Of a DNA stretch of 57,003 nucleotides, positions 15,981-26,919 are shown piece after piece. Each line of letters begins with the position of its first letter. Positions within the stretch are counted from its first letter, which is position 1. The stretch lies in contig JASMTJ010000531.1 of assembly GCA_041694335.1 (NCBI GenBank), forward strand, positions 1 through 57,003, given 5' to 3'. The notes beneath the pieces were generated by a model. It worked only from the letters and a program-made list of their open reading frames with translations, was not told the DNA's origin and ran no database searches. A program made the translations under genes and the position numbers. Origin of the DNA: Bacteroidales bacterium (GTDB lineage Bacteria; Bacteroidota; Bacteroidia; Bacteroidales; JAIPAH01).

Positions 15981-18308
15981 ATGAGAACTTTCTTATTTAC
16001 ACTTTTATACATTTTTGTTGCTGTTTTCCAAACCCAATCTCAAGAATTTGATATTGATCAGTTTTACGATCATCTACCCTATAATGAAGTGATAGCTGTA
16101 GCTGATGCCGGGGAGCGGCTGTATGCGGCCACGCCTTACAGTGTGTTTATCTACAACCATAGCGATAACAGTATCGAACGCCTTACAAAAGTGGAAGGCC
16201 TCAGCGATATCGACATCAGCTGGATAGCTTATAATCATCAGGAAGAAGCTTTGTTTATTGCTTACGAAAACACTAATATCGATATTTTTAAGGATGGCGA
16301 GATTATCAACATCTCCGATATCAAAAGGAAAACCATCCTAGGAAACAAGACCATTAATAAGATTTACATGCAGGGTAAGTATGCTTACCTTGCTTGCGGA
16401 TTTGGCGTGGTTGTGGTAGATGTGGAAAGAGAAGAGATCTATGATACTTACAAAATAGGTCCCGACGGAAGCCTTATCAATGTTTATGATTTCACCTACC
16501 ATCCGCAGGATAATCATTTTTATGCGGCTACAGAACTTGGTGTGATTGCTGCTGATGCAGATAGTCCGAATCTGGCGCATTTTGTTTATTGGGAAAACGA
16601 TACTACGCTTTCTGCCGAAGATGCCATCATCAATGCCGTGGCCTCACATCACGATAAAGTGATTGTAAATAAGAGCAGGGATCAATATGGGACCGATACT
16701 TTGTTTTATAAAACACCAGACTCGGCGTGGCAGGTGCTCGAAAGTCCCAACAACACTAATGTGACCAGCATGCGCTCATTTGGCGATTACCTGTATGTGG
16801 CCTATCAGTTTTCGCTTTTCATTTTTGATAAAGCCTTGAATTATGCTGATAAGCTTTATACTTATGGAGTGGAAGGTGGTTTGGAGCCAAAAGACTTATG
16901 GCTCGATGCCGATAGTACCTTCTGGATAGCTGATGCGGAAAGGGGATTGGTTAAAACAGAAGGGAACAACGATGGGGAATTTATCCACCCATCGGGACCG
17001 GCTTATCCAACATCTTTTGATATGGCCACTTATGGAGATGAGGTTTGGGTAGCCTCCGGGGGATATCAAAGCGATTGGGGAGGAAGTATTCTCAGGCATG
17101 GGCTTTATCAGTATCAGGACAGTGATTGGATTTCGTACAATGATAACGAATATGACCTTTTTGATACTATTCCGGATATTGTGAGTGTGGCCGTGCAGCC
17201 CGGCTCGGGAAGCAAAGTCTACGCGGGCTCATGGAACAAAGGTCTTTTGGAGATTACTGACGGAGAGATTACAAACATTTTTAATACCACCAACAGCTCA
17301 CTGCAAGGTAATGTGGCTGCGCCAAAACTGGTCCAGATAAGCGGCCTGGCTTTTGATGATGAAGGCAATTTATGGGTGGTCAATAATGGTGCTGAAGAGG
17401 TTTTATCGGTCATGGAACCTAATGGAGAATGGAGATCATATAACCTTGGCTCTGTTTCGAGCGGCGCTTTCCTGGGAGACCTGATAATCGATGATTTCGG
17501 GCAGAAATGGATTATCATGCGTGACCATCGGATTTTAGTCTACAATGATAATGGCACGATGGATAACCCATCTGATGACTTTGCGAAAGTGCTGACCGGT
17601 TCTGCAGGAAACGGAGCCTTGCCGGGAACATACTCAGTTAACGCCCTGGCCAAGGATATCGATGGAAATATCTGGATAGGTACGGACGAAGGCGTTGGGG
17701 TTATTTACAATCCGGAAGATGTTTTCACCGGTAATAATTTTGATGCCGAGCGTCCGAAAGTGGAGGTGGATGGATATGTGCAATACCTCCTTAACTCTGA
17801 AGATGTAACTGCCATAGAGGTGGATGGGGCAAACAACAAGTGGTTTGGAACCGAAAGGGCAGGGGTTTTCCTGATGTCGCCCGACGGAACAGAGCAGTAC
17901 AAAAACTTTAACGAAGAAAACAGTCCCTTGTTTTCAAATGAAATATCCGCTATAGCGATTAATGACAGGGGAATGGTTTTCATTGGTACTTCTAAGGGGA
18001 TTATCTCTTACGAGGGAAAAGCAACACCCGGAAAGGCTAACAACAAGGATATCTTTGTTTATCCGAATCCTGTTAAAAGTGAATATAACGGTCCGATTTA
18101 CATAATCAACCTGGTGCAGGAGGCGAATGTTAAGATTACTGATATTGCCGGGAACCTGGTTTATGAAACTTTTGCTGAAGGCGGTAAAGCCCAGTGGAAT
18201 GGCCGGAATTTTGACGGGCAGGAAGTGCAGACCGGATATTACATGGTTTTCGTGTCGAATGACGACGGAACAGAAACCATAGTTACTAAAGTGTTAGTAT
18301 TCAGATAA
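15981..18308 (+). CDS. T9SS-sorted double beta-propeller protein (two-component-regulator-propeller repeats), PorZ-like
   Basis: Signal peptide. 775 aa, close to the size of P. gingivalis PorZ. Repeated ...W(I/V)GT..G(L/V)... propeller blades. C-terminal sorting domain IFVYPNPVKSEY...TGYYMVFVSN...KVLVFR. Confidence 0.55.
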   Translation: MRTFLFTLLYIFVAVFQTQSQEFDIDQFYDHLPYNEVIAVADAGERLYAATPYSVFIYNHSDNSIERLTKVEGLSDIDISWIAYNHQEEALFIAYENTNIDIFKDGEIINISDIKRKTILGNKTINKIYMQGKYAYLACGFGVVVVDVEREEIYDTYKIGPDGSLINVYDFTYHPQDNHFYAATELGVIAADADSPNLAHFVYWENDTTLSAEDAIINAVASHHDKVIVNKSRDQYGTDTLFYKTPDSAWQVLESPNNTNVTSMRSFGDYLYVAYQFSLFIFDKALNYADKLYTYGVEGGLEPKDLWLDADSTFWIADAERGLVKTEGNNDGEFIHPSGPAYPTSFDMATYGDEVWVASGGYQSDWGGSILRHGLYQYQDSDWISYNDNEYDLFDTIPDIVSVAVQPGSGSKVYAGSWNKGLLEITDGEITNIFNTTNSSLQGNVAAPKLVQISGLAFDDEGNLWVVNNGAEEVLSVMEPNGEWRSYNLGSVSSGAFLGDLIIDDFGQKWIIMRDHRILVYNDNGTMDNPSDDFAKVLTGSAGNGALPGTYSVNALAKDIDGNIWIGTDEGVGVIYNPEDVFTGNNFDAERPKVEVDGYVQYLLNSEDVTAIEVDGANNKWFGTERAGVFLMSPDGTEQYKNFNEENSPLFSNEISAIAINDRGMVFIGTSKGIISYEGKATPGKANNKDIFVYPNPVKSEYNGPIYIINLVQEANVKITDIAGNLVYETFAEGGKAQWNGRNFDGQEVQTGYYMVFVSNDDGTETIVTKVLVFR

Positions 18309-18311
18309 GAG

Positions 18312-19037
18312 ATGCTTCTTAAAACCAGTGGAATTTTTCTGCAAAAAATCAATTACTCAGAAACCAGCCTGATTGTAAAGATTTATACCAGGGAGGCCGG
18401 ACTTCAGTCATACCTGCTAAAGGGAGCGCGGGGAAAAAAATCAAAAATCAAGGCGAATGTTTTACAGCATCTCACGCTACTTGACTTGGAGGTTTATCAT
18501 CGCGATAGCGCCAACCTTCAAAGGGTTAAAGAGCTCCGGATAGCTAAACCCTTCAAAACCCTTCCTTATGATATCAGGAAAAGTACCATCGTCTTGTTTA
18601 TTAATGAGCTTTTGGTAAAAGTATTGCGCGAGGAGCAAGCCTCTGCAGAATTGTTTGATTTCATTTACCAGAGCATCTCCTTACTCGATGACAAAGAGGA
18701 AAAAATCAAGTCTTTTCATTTGATATTTATGCTGCAATTATCAAAATATCTTGGTTTTAATCCGCAAGGAGCTTTTTCTGAAAGCAGACCGTTTTTCGAT
18801 ATGATGGAAGGCGTTTTTACACCTAAGCAGCCTGAGCATGCCTATTTTGTTGAAGGTGAGCTTGCCAGGGTGCTGAGCCAGGCTAAAGATTTATCTGTAG
18901 AGTGTTTCGAAAGCTTCAATTCAGTGCTGCCACAGCAGAATGAGCTTTTGGATAAGCTTGTTGATTATTATCGCCTTCACATTCCCGAAATGGGCGAAAT
19001 GAAATCCGTCGCCGTTCTTCGTGCTATCCTGGCTTAG
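18312..19037 (+). CDS. recO: DNA repair protein RecO
   Basis: MLLKTSGIFLQKINYSETSLIVKIYTREAGLQSYLLKGAR is a typical RecO N-terminal OB fold. 241 aa. Starts 3 nt after the upstream stop. Confidence 0.85.
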   Translation: MLLKTSGIFLQKINYSETSLIVKIYTREAGLQSYLLKGARGKKSKIKANVLQHLTLLDLEVYHRDSANLQRVKELRIAKPFKTLPYDIRKSTIVLFINELLVKVLREEQASAELFDFIYQSISLLDDKEEKIKSFHLIFMLQLSKYLGFNPQGAFSESRPFFDMMEGVFTPKQPEHAYFVEGELARVLSQAKDLSVECFESFNSVLPQQNELLDKLVDYYRLHIPEMGEMKSVAVLRAILA

Positions 19038-19044
19038 CGATTCG

Positions 19045-19347
19045 CTATAAACTTTTAAACTTTACTTTTTTTAATGGGACGTGATGTCCGTCTTTGACGC
19101 AATGCGGGCATTCTCCGTGATCTTCAGTATGTTCATATCCACACCTGTTGCAATGATACCTCTCGATGGTAATAAGGTTTCCTTTCTGACTTACCAAAAG
19201 GGCTACCAATCCTGCCAAAGGAGTAAGGAGCAGTGATAGCAATAAAACATAAATAGATTTGATGCGATACTTTTGCGATACCTGATACATAATTATCGCA
19301 AACAAAAGGTAAAGCACCCCTGCCGTTAATAAGTATTCAATTTTCAT
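19045..19347 (-). CDS. Small membrane protein with a C-terminal zinc-ribbon (CxxC...CxxC)
   Basis: Two predicted TM helices followed by YHCNRCGYEHTEDHGECPHCVKDGH. Confidence 0.5.
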   Translation of the reverse strand: MKIEYLLTAGVLYLLFAIIMYQVSQKYRIKSIYVLLLSLLLTPLAGLVALLVSQKGNLITIERYHCNRCGYEHTEDHGECPHCVKDGHHVPLKKVKFKSL

Positions 19348-19391
19348 TCCCGTATGATTCTTCCCCTGCTCTCTCTCGTTTACAAAAATAT

Positions 19392-19419
19392 AAAAAAAGC
19401 CGGCTCTGTATAGCCGACT
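19392..19419 (-). terminator. Rho-independent terminator after the TPR gene
   Basis: The stem AGTCGGCT/AGCCGGCT (one G-U pair) is followed by T7 on the minus strand. Confidence 0.65.
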
Positions 19420-19449
19420 CTTTTAATCTTAATACTTTTTCAGGAAAAA

Positions 19450-20412
19450 TTAGTTGCAACCGATAACTTCTTCCATCTGATATTTAGCTGCTTCGCCGTT
19501 AGGGCCGTCAAGGGCTTTGCTATAGGCTGAGCAAGCTTGCTGGGTGTCGTTCAGTCCTTTATATGCATTTCCCAGTTCGAAATACAGGTTTCCGATCATT
19601 TTCTTGTCGGATGCTTTGGCAAGCGCATTGTTGACCATATCAACGGCTTTCTTGTGGTTATCGTTAGCGTTGTAGATAACACTTGCAAGATAAAGTCCCT
19701 GAGTTGTTGGAATACCGTAGTTCAGGTATGATTCTATCTTCTTAAGAGCCTCACCATTTTTCTTGCTGTCAAGAGCCAGCTTGGCATCTTTAAGATAATA
19801 AGTCTGAATCATATTGTTAGCGTTACTCGCTGATTTACCATCCGGCTCAACTTCATTGATTTTGTCGGCCATGGTAATCATTTTGCTGTCCTGACCCAGG
19901 TCTTTGTAAACTAACATTTTACCAAGATATCCTTTGGCATAACCAGGGTCGAATTTGATTGCTTTATCAAAGTACTCGATAGCTTTGTCAAATTCTTTTT
20001 TCTTACGATACGAATTACCCAAAGAATTATACAGTGCAGTTACGTTACGACCTGCCTTTTCTGCGATACCTGGATTGTTATATTTTAAACCGGCATCAGC
20101 GGCTTTCTTAAACTTTTCGATAGCTTTGAGGTAATCTTTTGCTTTATAGGTTTCAGCAGCATCATAAAAATACATGAGTGGCAGCTGCTTTTCGGCACTA
20201 GATTGGATGCTGAAAGCGTCAGGGCCTGCCATGCTGGCAATGTCCAGCGCTTTTTCGAAAGCCTGGGCAGCTTTGCCATATTGTTTTGCTTTTTTGAATT
20301 CGATAGCTTCATTCAATGCTTGTCCTGCGGCGTCAACTGACTGGGCGTAGCTGACAACAGAAAATCCTACAGCAAGAAGCATTGTAATAAATACCTTTTG
20401 GAATGATCTCAT
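19450..20412 (-). CDS. Secreted tetratricopeptide (TPR) repeat protein
   Basis: Signal peptide MRSFQKVFITMLLAVGFSVVSYAQ and repeated A..Y/F..A...P/D TPR-like 34-mers (e.g. GNSYRKKKEFDKAIEYFDKAIKFDPGYAKGY). Confidence 0.75.
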   Translation of the reverse strand: MRSFQKVFITMLLAVGFSVVSYAQSVDAAGQALNEAIEFKKAKQYGKAAQAFEKALDIASMAGPDAFSIQSSAEKQLPLMYFYDAAETYKAKDYLKAIEKFKKAADAGLKYNNPGIAEKAGRNVTALYNSLGNSYRKKKEFDKAIEYFDKAIKFDPGYAKGYLGKMLVYKDLGQDSKMITMADKINEVEPDGKSASNANNMIQTYYLKDAKLALDSKKNGEALKKIESYLNYGIPTTQGLYLASVIYNANDNHKKAVDMVNNALAKASDKKMIGNLYFELGNAYKGLNDTQQACSAYSKALDGPNGEAAKYQMEEVIGCN

Positions 20413-20556
20413 GATTGATTTGATTTTTTATTTATACATTCTTTCATCAACTGCTCGCAAAAATAAAAAAAAATCATTGCGAAGCAATTCGTTATACTAC
20501 TTAACAAATACTTTGCCAGAAAATTATAGTGGCTTTCATCCAGGCTGAGCTGTAAG

Positions 20557-22281
20557 CTATAAGTTCTCCAGCCATAGTTTTACCTCTTCGAGCTGTGCTG
20601 CCGGAATATCCAGTTTATTCTTTTTACGGTAACCATTCAGTGTTTGGTGCACTTTGGTTGGCTTTTCTTCCTTGAGGGCCTCCGGGCTCTTAAATCCTGC
20701 TGCTATCATATGCTCTGCCCATTCAACCGGAATGCCTGCCTCTTCAAAATCTTTTGCGCTAAATTGTTTTTCCGGCTTTTTCGGCCGCATTTGCGGGAAG
20801 AAGAGCACTTCCTGTATGGATGGCTTGTTGGTTAAAAGCATTACCAAGCGATCTATCCCTATTCCCATTCCGGCTGTTGGTGGCATCCCAAATTCCAGGG
20901 CTTTTACAAAATCCTGGTCGATAAACATGGCTTCGTCATCACCTTTTTCAGAAAGTTTTAGTTGCTCCTCAAAACGCTCTTTCTGGTCAATCGGATCGTT
21001 CAGCTCGGTGTAGGCATTGGCCAGCTCCTTGCCATTCACCATCAATTCAAATCTTTCGGTCAGTTCAGGATTGTCGCGGTGCTTTTTACACAGGGGCGAC
21101 ATCTCCACAGGGTAATCGGTGATGAAAGTAGGCTGAATAAGATGCGGCTCCACTTTCTCGCCAAAGATTTCATCAATGAGTTTTCCTTTACCCATGCTTT
21201 CATCGGTTTCAATGCCCTGGGTTTTGCAGAAATCGCGCAGTGCTTTCTCATCCATGCCGCTCACATCTGTTCCGGTGTACTCTTTTATAGCTTCCAGCAT
21301 CGGTATGCGCTTGAACGGCCTCTTAAAGTCGATGGTTTTATCACCCACCGGGATTTTCGTGTCGCCATGCAGCTGCATCACGGTCTTCTCAAGCATTTCC
21401 TCCGTAAAGTCCATCATCCAGTTGTAGTCTTTGTAAGCAACATAAATTTCCATGACGGTAAACTCTGGATTGTGGGTGCGGTCCATTCCTTCATTCCTGA
21501 AATCGCGCGCAAACTCATAAACTCCTTCGTAACCACCAACGATTAACCTTTTCAAGTAGAGCTCGTTGGCAATCCGGAGGTAAAGCGGGATATTCAAGGC
21601 ATTGTGGTGCGTTACAAACGGACGCGCCGCAGCACCACCCGGAATGGGCTGGAGAATCGGCGTTTCCACTTCCAGATAGCCCTTTTGGTTAAAGAAGCTT
21701 CTCATCGAATTGATAATCTCAGTTCGCTTTATGAAAGTATCGCGGCTATCGTTGTTCACAATCAGGTCCACATAGCGTTGACGGTAACGCTGCTCTTCAT
21801 CGCTAAAGGCATCGTAAACTTTGCCATCTTTCTCTTTTACCACCGGAAGCGGTTTCAGCGCTTTGCTGAGCACCTTGAAGCTCTTGGCGTGGATGGTGAT
21901 TTCTCCCATCTTCGTTCTGAACACCGTTCCGGTAACTCCAATGATATCGCCAATGTCGAGCAACTTCTTATAAACCGTATTGTACATGGTTTTATCCTCG
22001 CCCTCGCAAATGTCATCGCGCCTGAAGTATACCTGGATACGGCCTTCATGGTCCTGAAGTTCTGCAAAAGAGGCGGCTCCCATAATTCTTCTTTGCATGA
22101 TTCTTCCGGCAATGGAAACCTCCCGGAAATTTTCCTCATTCTCAGGAAACTGCTCATGAATCTGCTTGGATGTGATATTGGTAGCGTATCCCTCGGCAGG
22201 ATATGGGTTGATGCCCAATTTGTATAACTCTTCTAACGACTTTCTTCTGATCTGTTCTTGTTCACTGTATTCCATGCTCAT
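20557..22281 (-). CDS. lysS: Lysine--tRNA ligase (class II) with the roughly 70-aa C-terminal extension typical of Bacteroidota
   Basis: N-terminus [22 protein letters not shown], an OB anticodon-binding domain, and class II motifs ([28 protein letters not shown]). Confidence 0.92.
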   Translation of the reverse strand: MSMEYSEQEQIRRKSLEELYKLGINPYPAEGYATNITSKQIHEQFPENEENFREVSIAGRIMQRRIMGAASFAELQDHEGRIQVYFRRDDICEGEDKTMYNTVYKKLLDIGDIIGVTGTVFRTKMGEITIHAKSFKVLSKALKPLPVVKEKDGKVYDAFSDEEQRYRQRYVDLIVNNDSRDTFIKRTEIINSMRSFFNQKGYLEVETPILQPIPGGAAARPFVTHHNALNIPLYLRIANELYLKRLIVGGYEGVYEFARDFRNEGMDRTHNPEFTVMEIYVAYKDYNWMMDFTEEMLEKTVMQLHGDTKIPVGDKTIDFKRPFKRIPMLEAIKEYTGTDVSGMDEKALRDFCKTQGIETDESMGKGKLIDEIFGEKVEPHLIQPTFITDYPVEMSPLCKKHRDNPELTERFELMVNGKELANAYTELNDPIDQKERFEEQLKLSEKGDDEAMFIDQDFVKALEFGMPPTAGMGIGIDRLVMLLTNKPSIQEVLFFPQMRPKKPEKQFSAKDFEEAGIPVEWAEHMIAAGFKSPEALKEEKPTKVHQTLNGYRKKNKLDIPAAQLEEVKLWLENL

Positions 22282-22315
22282 ATCTGATACGGTCTATTGA
22301 ATTAAAAATGAGGTG

Positions 22316-22323
22316 CAAAGATA
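22316..22323 (-). promoter_or_regulatory. Bacteroidota -7 promoter box TATCTTTG (TAnnTTTG) for lysS
   Basis: The minus strand reads TATCTTTG, about 35 nt upstream of the ATG at 22281. Confidence 0.5.
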
Positions 22324-22372
22324 GTAAGAATGTTTTTTTACCAAGAGGCAAGGGAAGATTTGTTTCAGTAAA

Positions 22373-23326
22373 CTACTTTATCAGGATTTTTTTATGAAAT
22401 ATTTTCCCGGACATTTCTCCCCGAAGAAAATATACACCGCTTTTTAGGTGATTCAGATCAAGCTTCGAACCTCCATCATGGATATTATGAACAGCGATTT
22501 TTACTCCTGCCGAATTGAAAAGAGAAACTTGTTTTAACGCTTCAGATGCTTCTACCCTGATAAAACCTGTCGCAGGATTGGGGTAAACAGTCAGAGTAGC
22601 TTTCTCTTGTTCGCGAATGGATACCTGGTTGGCTGAGAAAAACGTGGCCTGAGCAATTTCTTTAGTTTCGATATTTTGCACAAACGCAACAAACTTGAGA
22701 TGTTCCGGGCTCCACTCATCATTGATGCTAAAAGAAAACTCCTGAACCACTTTGCTGTCACCTTCAAAGATAAGTTCCATTCCTTCTTTGGCAGGAAGGA
22801 GCAACCTTTCTGCGTAATTTACTTCTGATTGCCCGTGCCATTCATCCGGAATGTTTGATTCCGTCACCGCAAGAAAAAAACGATGATCCTCCGCTGCTGC
22901 TCCGCTGTTTTTTGTAATGACAGCGCGGATTTTTACATCGTCGGCCCCAATCCATTCGCTCGACAGTTCAATCCGGAAATTTCTTTCCCTCGCTATTCCA
23001 TCCTGATAAAGTGATTCAAGTTGCTGGTAGCTGTTCCATGGCGAGAGCTGAGTGCCATCTATATGGATTGTAGGAAAAAACTGAATATCATAAAAAGTAT
23101 TTCTGTAAATGGAAGCTTCGTTTTCGTAAGGGTCATTATCGTGATACTTTACAACGGCAATATCATAGCCTTCGTTTTGGAGTTTATCAATCAACTGAAC
23201 CGCGGTTGGGCAGGAAGAGCACCATGTGCCGGTAGCCACTTCGATCAGCACTTTCTTCGCCGGAAACTGAGCGGCAGCAAAAAAGCCGATAAATAAGATG
23301 ATGAAAAGAATTGTGATTTTCCTCAT
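22373..23326 (-). CDS. Thioredoxin-fold / Omp28-related protein with a T9SS type-A C-terminal sorting domain
   Basis: Signal peptide, GTWCSSCP redox-like motif, and C-terminus LTVYPNPATGFIRV...LKSGVYFLRGE...KKILIK. Confidence 0.65.
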   Translation of the reverse strand: MRKITILFIILFIGFFAAAQFPAKKVLIEVATGTWCSSCPTAVQLIDKLQNEGYDIAVVKYHDNDPYENEASIYRNTFYDIQFFPTIHIDGTQLSPWNSYQQLESLYQDGIARERNFRIELSSEWIGADDVKIRAVITKNSGAAAEDHRFFLAVTESNIPDEWHGQSEVNYAERLLLPAKEGMELIFEGDSKVVQEFSFSINDEWSPEHLKFVAFVQNIETKEIAQATFFSANQVSIREQEKATLTVYPNPATGFIRVEASEALKQVSLFNSAGVKIAVHNIHDGGSKLDLNHLKSGVYFLRGEMSGKIFHKKILIK

Positions 23327-23425
23327 AATTGATTTCTTCAGAGCAAATCTAGTGTTTTAACTCATGAATTCATATCCGAAAAGTTTAGACGGATATCCTT
23401 TAACAGATATTTAGCAAACAGGTTT

Positions 23426-25045
23426 TTACCTGATAATATGTTTGCTTCTTCTCATGATTCCTGCGGTAATGGTTATCAGTAGAAGCATTACCGTTCCGAA
23501 CACTGCCGTTCGTCCCAGGTAATCGCCATATCTTACATAGAAAGTAATCTCTTCGTTGGTATTTATTTTGTCGCGGATAACATCTTCTTCCCAATACTTT
23601 GTAGCCTTAAGGATTTCTCCTCTTTGGTTAATAAAGGCAGAAACTCCGGTGTTGGCTGAGCGTGCGATACTGCGGCGTGTTTCGATGGCACGCAGAGAGG
23701 CAAACTGCAGGTGTTGGCGGTGTCCGGGAGTATTTCCCCACCAGCCGTCGTTGGTGATAATGAAAAAAGCATCAGCGCCGTTTCTTACAAACTTGGCACA
23801 AAACTCACCGTAAATCGATTCATAACAGATGATCGGGGCAATCATATCACCGGTATGGGTTTCGAATGGAATGCGATATGGATCTGTTCCGAGGGTCCCC
23901 ACTGTTCCGCCAAGGTCGATAGCAAATTTCTCAACATGCTTAAATACTTTTTTGAAAGGCATTTTCTCTACTCCGGGAGTAAGTTTTGATTTATGGTAGA
24001 GTTGCTCCTGTTGGGTGCTGTCGAGATAAAAGGCCGTGTTGTAAGCAACGTAGTGCCTGTCTGAATCAGAGAAAGGTCTGGCTTCCACCGGTGGCTCTTC
24101 ATCCTCGGGCACAATGTAATAGGTAGAGGCACCAATGACGATAGCGCGCTTGGGGTGATTGTTGGCGTACTCTCTTAATATCCTGATGCTTTTTCCTCTG
24201 TCGAGAAAATTTTCATACAACGGACGCTCCTGGATAGCCGATTCGGGGGCAACCACAAAGTCAGTAGCGCTGTCGGCTTTTACAGCTGCCAAATCGAAAA
24301 TATGGCTCAGGACCTCCTCAGGCGCACGGTTGTATTGTTCTGTATATGGATCATTATTAGGTTGAACCACAACGACATCTACCGGATTGGTTTTTTCCTC
24401 ATAATTGTTGTAGGTGTTGATGGAGTATACCAGTGGAATGACGATGAAAAGCACGGCCATTACAAAGTGGGCCAGCACCGGCCTGTCTACAACCCGGTTA
24501 CGATAAGCAAAGTAGATGGCTCTGAACAAAAGAATGTTTACGATAAGTATCCAGGCGGTTCCACCAAAAACTCCGGTATATTCATACCACTGCACCCAAT
24601 GAGGATAGGCCGAAAATCCATTGCCAAGGTTAAGCCAGGGCCATGACAAGTCCCAGTCGAGGTGAAAATACTCCCAGGCTATCCAGTAAAAAAGCAGGAT
24701 AAACTGTCCGGATTTGTTATGTGTTAAAACACGACTGGTGTGGTAAACATAAACTACCGTACTCATTAGCAATGAGTTCAGCGCCACAGCCATGATCCCA
24801 CCAAAAAGGGTGGAGTTGGAGACCCAGAAAGTCGTCAGCGCATTCCATACTGCAAATGTGATATAACTGTATCCGAGCAGTTGTATTTTGGTGTGCTTTC
24901 CTGATTCTTCATAAAACTTTTGCTCAACATAGAATAGAGGAAGTAAAGCCACAAACAATAAAAAAGCATAACCTTGTGCAGGCCAGGCCGCAGAAAGCAG
25001 AAGCCCGCTTAAAACAGATAAAGCCAGTGCATGAATTGTTTTCAT
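23426..25045 (-). CDS. lnt: Apolipoprotein N-acyltransferase
   Basis: Multiple N-terminal TM helices plus a C-terminal CN-hydrolase domain (VVQPN...E, ..K.., PIICYESIY catalytic Cys). 539 aa. Confidence 0.85.
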   Translation of the reverse strand: MKTIHALALSVLSGLLLSAAWPAQGYAFLLFVALLPLFYVEQKFYEESGKHTKIQLLGYSYITFAVWNALTTFWVSNSTLFGGIMAVALNSLLMSTVVYVYHTSRVLTHNKSGQFILLFYWIAWEYFHLDWDLSWPWLNLGNGFSAYPHWVQWYEYTGVFGGTAWILIVNILLFRAIYFAYRNRVVDRPVLAHFVMAVLFIVIPLVYSINTYNNYEEKTNPVDVVVVQPNNDPYTEQYNRAPEEVLSHIFDLAAVKADSATDFVVAPESAIQERPLYENFLDRGKSIRILREYANNHPKRAIVIGASTYYIVPEDEEPPVEARPFSDSDRHYVAYNTAFYLDSTQQEQLYHKSKLTPGVEKMPFKKVFKHVEKFAIDLGGTVGTLGTDPYRIPFETHTGDMIAPIICYESIYGEFCAKFVRNGADAFFIITNDGWWGNTPGHRQHLQFASLRAIETRRSIARSANTGVSAFINQRGEILKATKYWEEDVIRDKINTNEEITFYVRYGDYLGRTAVFGTVMLLLITITAGIMRRSKHIIR

Positions 25046-25049
25046 AGTC

Positions 25050-26243
25050 CTAGTATAAAAAATGATTGTAAGGATAACGCTTTATGTGGATTTTCTTTAC
25101 TTCTTCATATAAAGTTTTTCTGAAATCTTGCATGTTGGTTTTGTCTTTGGCAGAGATAAAAATGGCATTGTCGTTGGTTTTAGCCATCCAACTGTTTTTG
25201 AGCTCTTCTAAAGAAACATTCTCCTCAGTTTTCGGAGTCAAATCATCTTCCTCCTTTTCCACGAAAGTGTAAGCGTCTATCTTATTGAAAACATAGAGCG
25301 TAGGTTTGTCGTTACTGTCAATTTCGGCCAAGGTTTTATTTACCACATTCATCTGGTCTTCAAACTCCGGATGAGAAATGTCGACCACATGCACAATCAG
25401 ATCCGATTCTCTGACTTCATCAAGTGTTGATTTAAACGACTCTACCAGCCCGTGGGGCAATTTCCTGATGAACCCAACGGTATCACTAATCAGGCAAGGC
25501 AGGTTTTCGAGCACCACTTTCCGTACGGTGGTGTCGAGCGTGGCAAAGAGCTTGTCCTCAGCAAACACATCCGACTTACTCAGGCGATTCATGATTGTGG
25601 ATTTTCCTACATTGGTGTAGCCAACAAGCGAGACTCTTACAAGGCTTCCGCGGTTACCCCGCTGCGTTTGCTTTTGTTTATCGATAGCCGCCAGCTTTTT
25701 CTTAAGCAAGGTAATCTTGTCGCGGATAATTCTTCGGTCGGTTTCAATCTCACGCTCCCCCGGGCCTTTTGTTCCGATACCACCGGTTTGTTTCTGAAGG
25801 TGGGTCCACATACCTGTAAGGCGCGGCAGCAAATACTCATACTGTGCCAGCTCCACTTGCGTTTTGGCGTGGCTGGTACGGGCGCGCTTGGCGAAAATAT
25901 CCAGGATGAGGCCATTACGATCCATAATCTTGACGTTCAGCTCTTTTTCGAGGTTCCTTACCTGTGTTGGGGTCAGCTCATCATCGAAGATGACTACATC
26001 AATCTTTTCCTCTTTCACGTAATCGCGAATCTCATGGGCTTTTCCTGAACCGATAAAGAACCTTGGGTTGGGTTGTGCAAGGTTCTGAGAGAAAAACATT
26101 TCGGGTTTGGCACCCGCTGTTTTTGTCAGAAAAGCAAGCTCATTCAGATGCTCGTCCAGCTTGGCAGCATCCTGTTTGGATGTCGATACGCCCACCAGGG
26201 CAGCACGTTCCTGTTTATTTTCTTTGATTGTTGGTTGTTCCAT
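25050..26243 (-). CDS. hflX: GTPase HflX
   Basis: HflX N-domain (GSGKAHEIRDYV...), QVELAQYEYLLPRL, G1 GYTNVGKST, G3 DTVGF, G4 NKID. Confidence 0.92.
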   Translation of the reverse strand: MEQPTIKENKQERAALVGVSTSKQDAAKLDEHLNELAFLTKTAGAKPEMFFSQNLAQPNPRFFIGSGKAHEIRDYVKEEKIDVVIFDDELTPTQVRNLEKELNVKIMDRNGLILDIFAKRARTSHAKTQVELAQYEYLLPRLTGMWTHLQKQTGGIGTKGPGEREIETDRRIIRDKITLLKKKLAAIDKQKQTQRGNRGSLVRVSLVGYTNVGKSTIMNRLSKSDVFAEDKLFATLDTTVRKVVLENLPCLISDTVGFIRKLPHGLVESFKSTLDEVRESDLIVHVVDISHPEFEDQMNVVNKTLAEIDSNDKPTLYVFNKIDAYTFVEKEEDDLTPKTEENVSLEELKNSWMAKTNDNAIFISAKDKTNMQDFRKTLYEEVKKIHIKRYPYNHFLY

Positions 26244-26329
26244 AAATTTTATGAATGTGCAAAAGTAGTAAAAATGAAGCTTTTAAATCTAAAATGATTT
26301 TAGTTGCTCGATAAGAAATGTGATAAAGG

Positions 26330-26869
26330 CTAATTTTGTTTGATGTTTAAATGATAAAAGATGCGGTTTTGTTTGTCATCGTAGACTTCATACATTTTGC
26401 CCGGTTGAATCTCCTCGCGCTGGCAGTAGCTCTCCAGGCTTTTGTATACTACATAAGCACCTGCCATGATGTTAAATGAGTTATTATAGTCAAAATCTGC
26501 GATGATCCGTTCCTGTCGGGGGATGGTGATCAATTTGTATGGAGGTGGGATGTCGGCAAATTCTTGCGCCTGCGAGGGCGTCAGAATCCATCCCGTTTGC
26601 CGGATGAGGTTTTCTCCGAAAGGATCAGGTGTGATAGCTAAGGCCTGATTGGTTATAATGTCTTCATCAAAAAGGATTTTGAAAAGTTTGTTTCTTTCTT
26701 CGGCAGGATCATCGAAAACACTGGTTTCAATGACGATTGCCTCAAACGAGCCACCTGACTTTTCAGATATATAAACCGGATTAAAAAAACCTGCATACCA
26801 AAGAAAAGAGACCGCTATGATTATAACAGCCAGAAGAAATTTTCCGAGTCCGATTAAAAACCTTCTCAT
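26330..26869 (-). CDS. Hypothetical N-terminally anchored protein
   Basis: One N-terminal TM helix (FLLAVIIIAVSFLWYAGFF). I recognise no motif. Confidence 0.45.
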   Translation of the reverse strand: MRRFLIGLGKFLLAVIIIAVSFLWYAGFFNPVYISEKSGGSFEAIVIETSVFDDPAEERNKLFKILFDEDIITNQALAITPDPFGENLIRQTGWILTPSQAQEFADIPPPYKLITIPRQERIIADFDYNNSFNIMAGAYVVYKSLESYCQREEIQPGKMYEVYDDKQNRIFYHLNIKQN

Positions 26870-26919
26870 GAATGGAAATACATAATTTTAAATTAAACCA
26901 TCGACTCCAAAGAGTAACC

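Noticed and set aside
20505-20519. Sigma-54-like TGGCAA-N5-TTGT on the minus strand upstream of the TPR gene
   Set aside because: Both half-sites are degenerate. It also lies upstream of the lysS terminator hairpin (about 20473-20490), so a transcript starting here would terminate before reaching the TPR gene.
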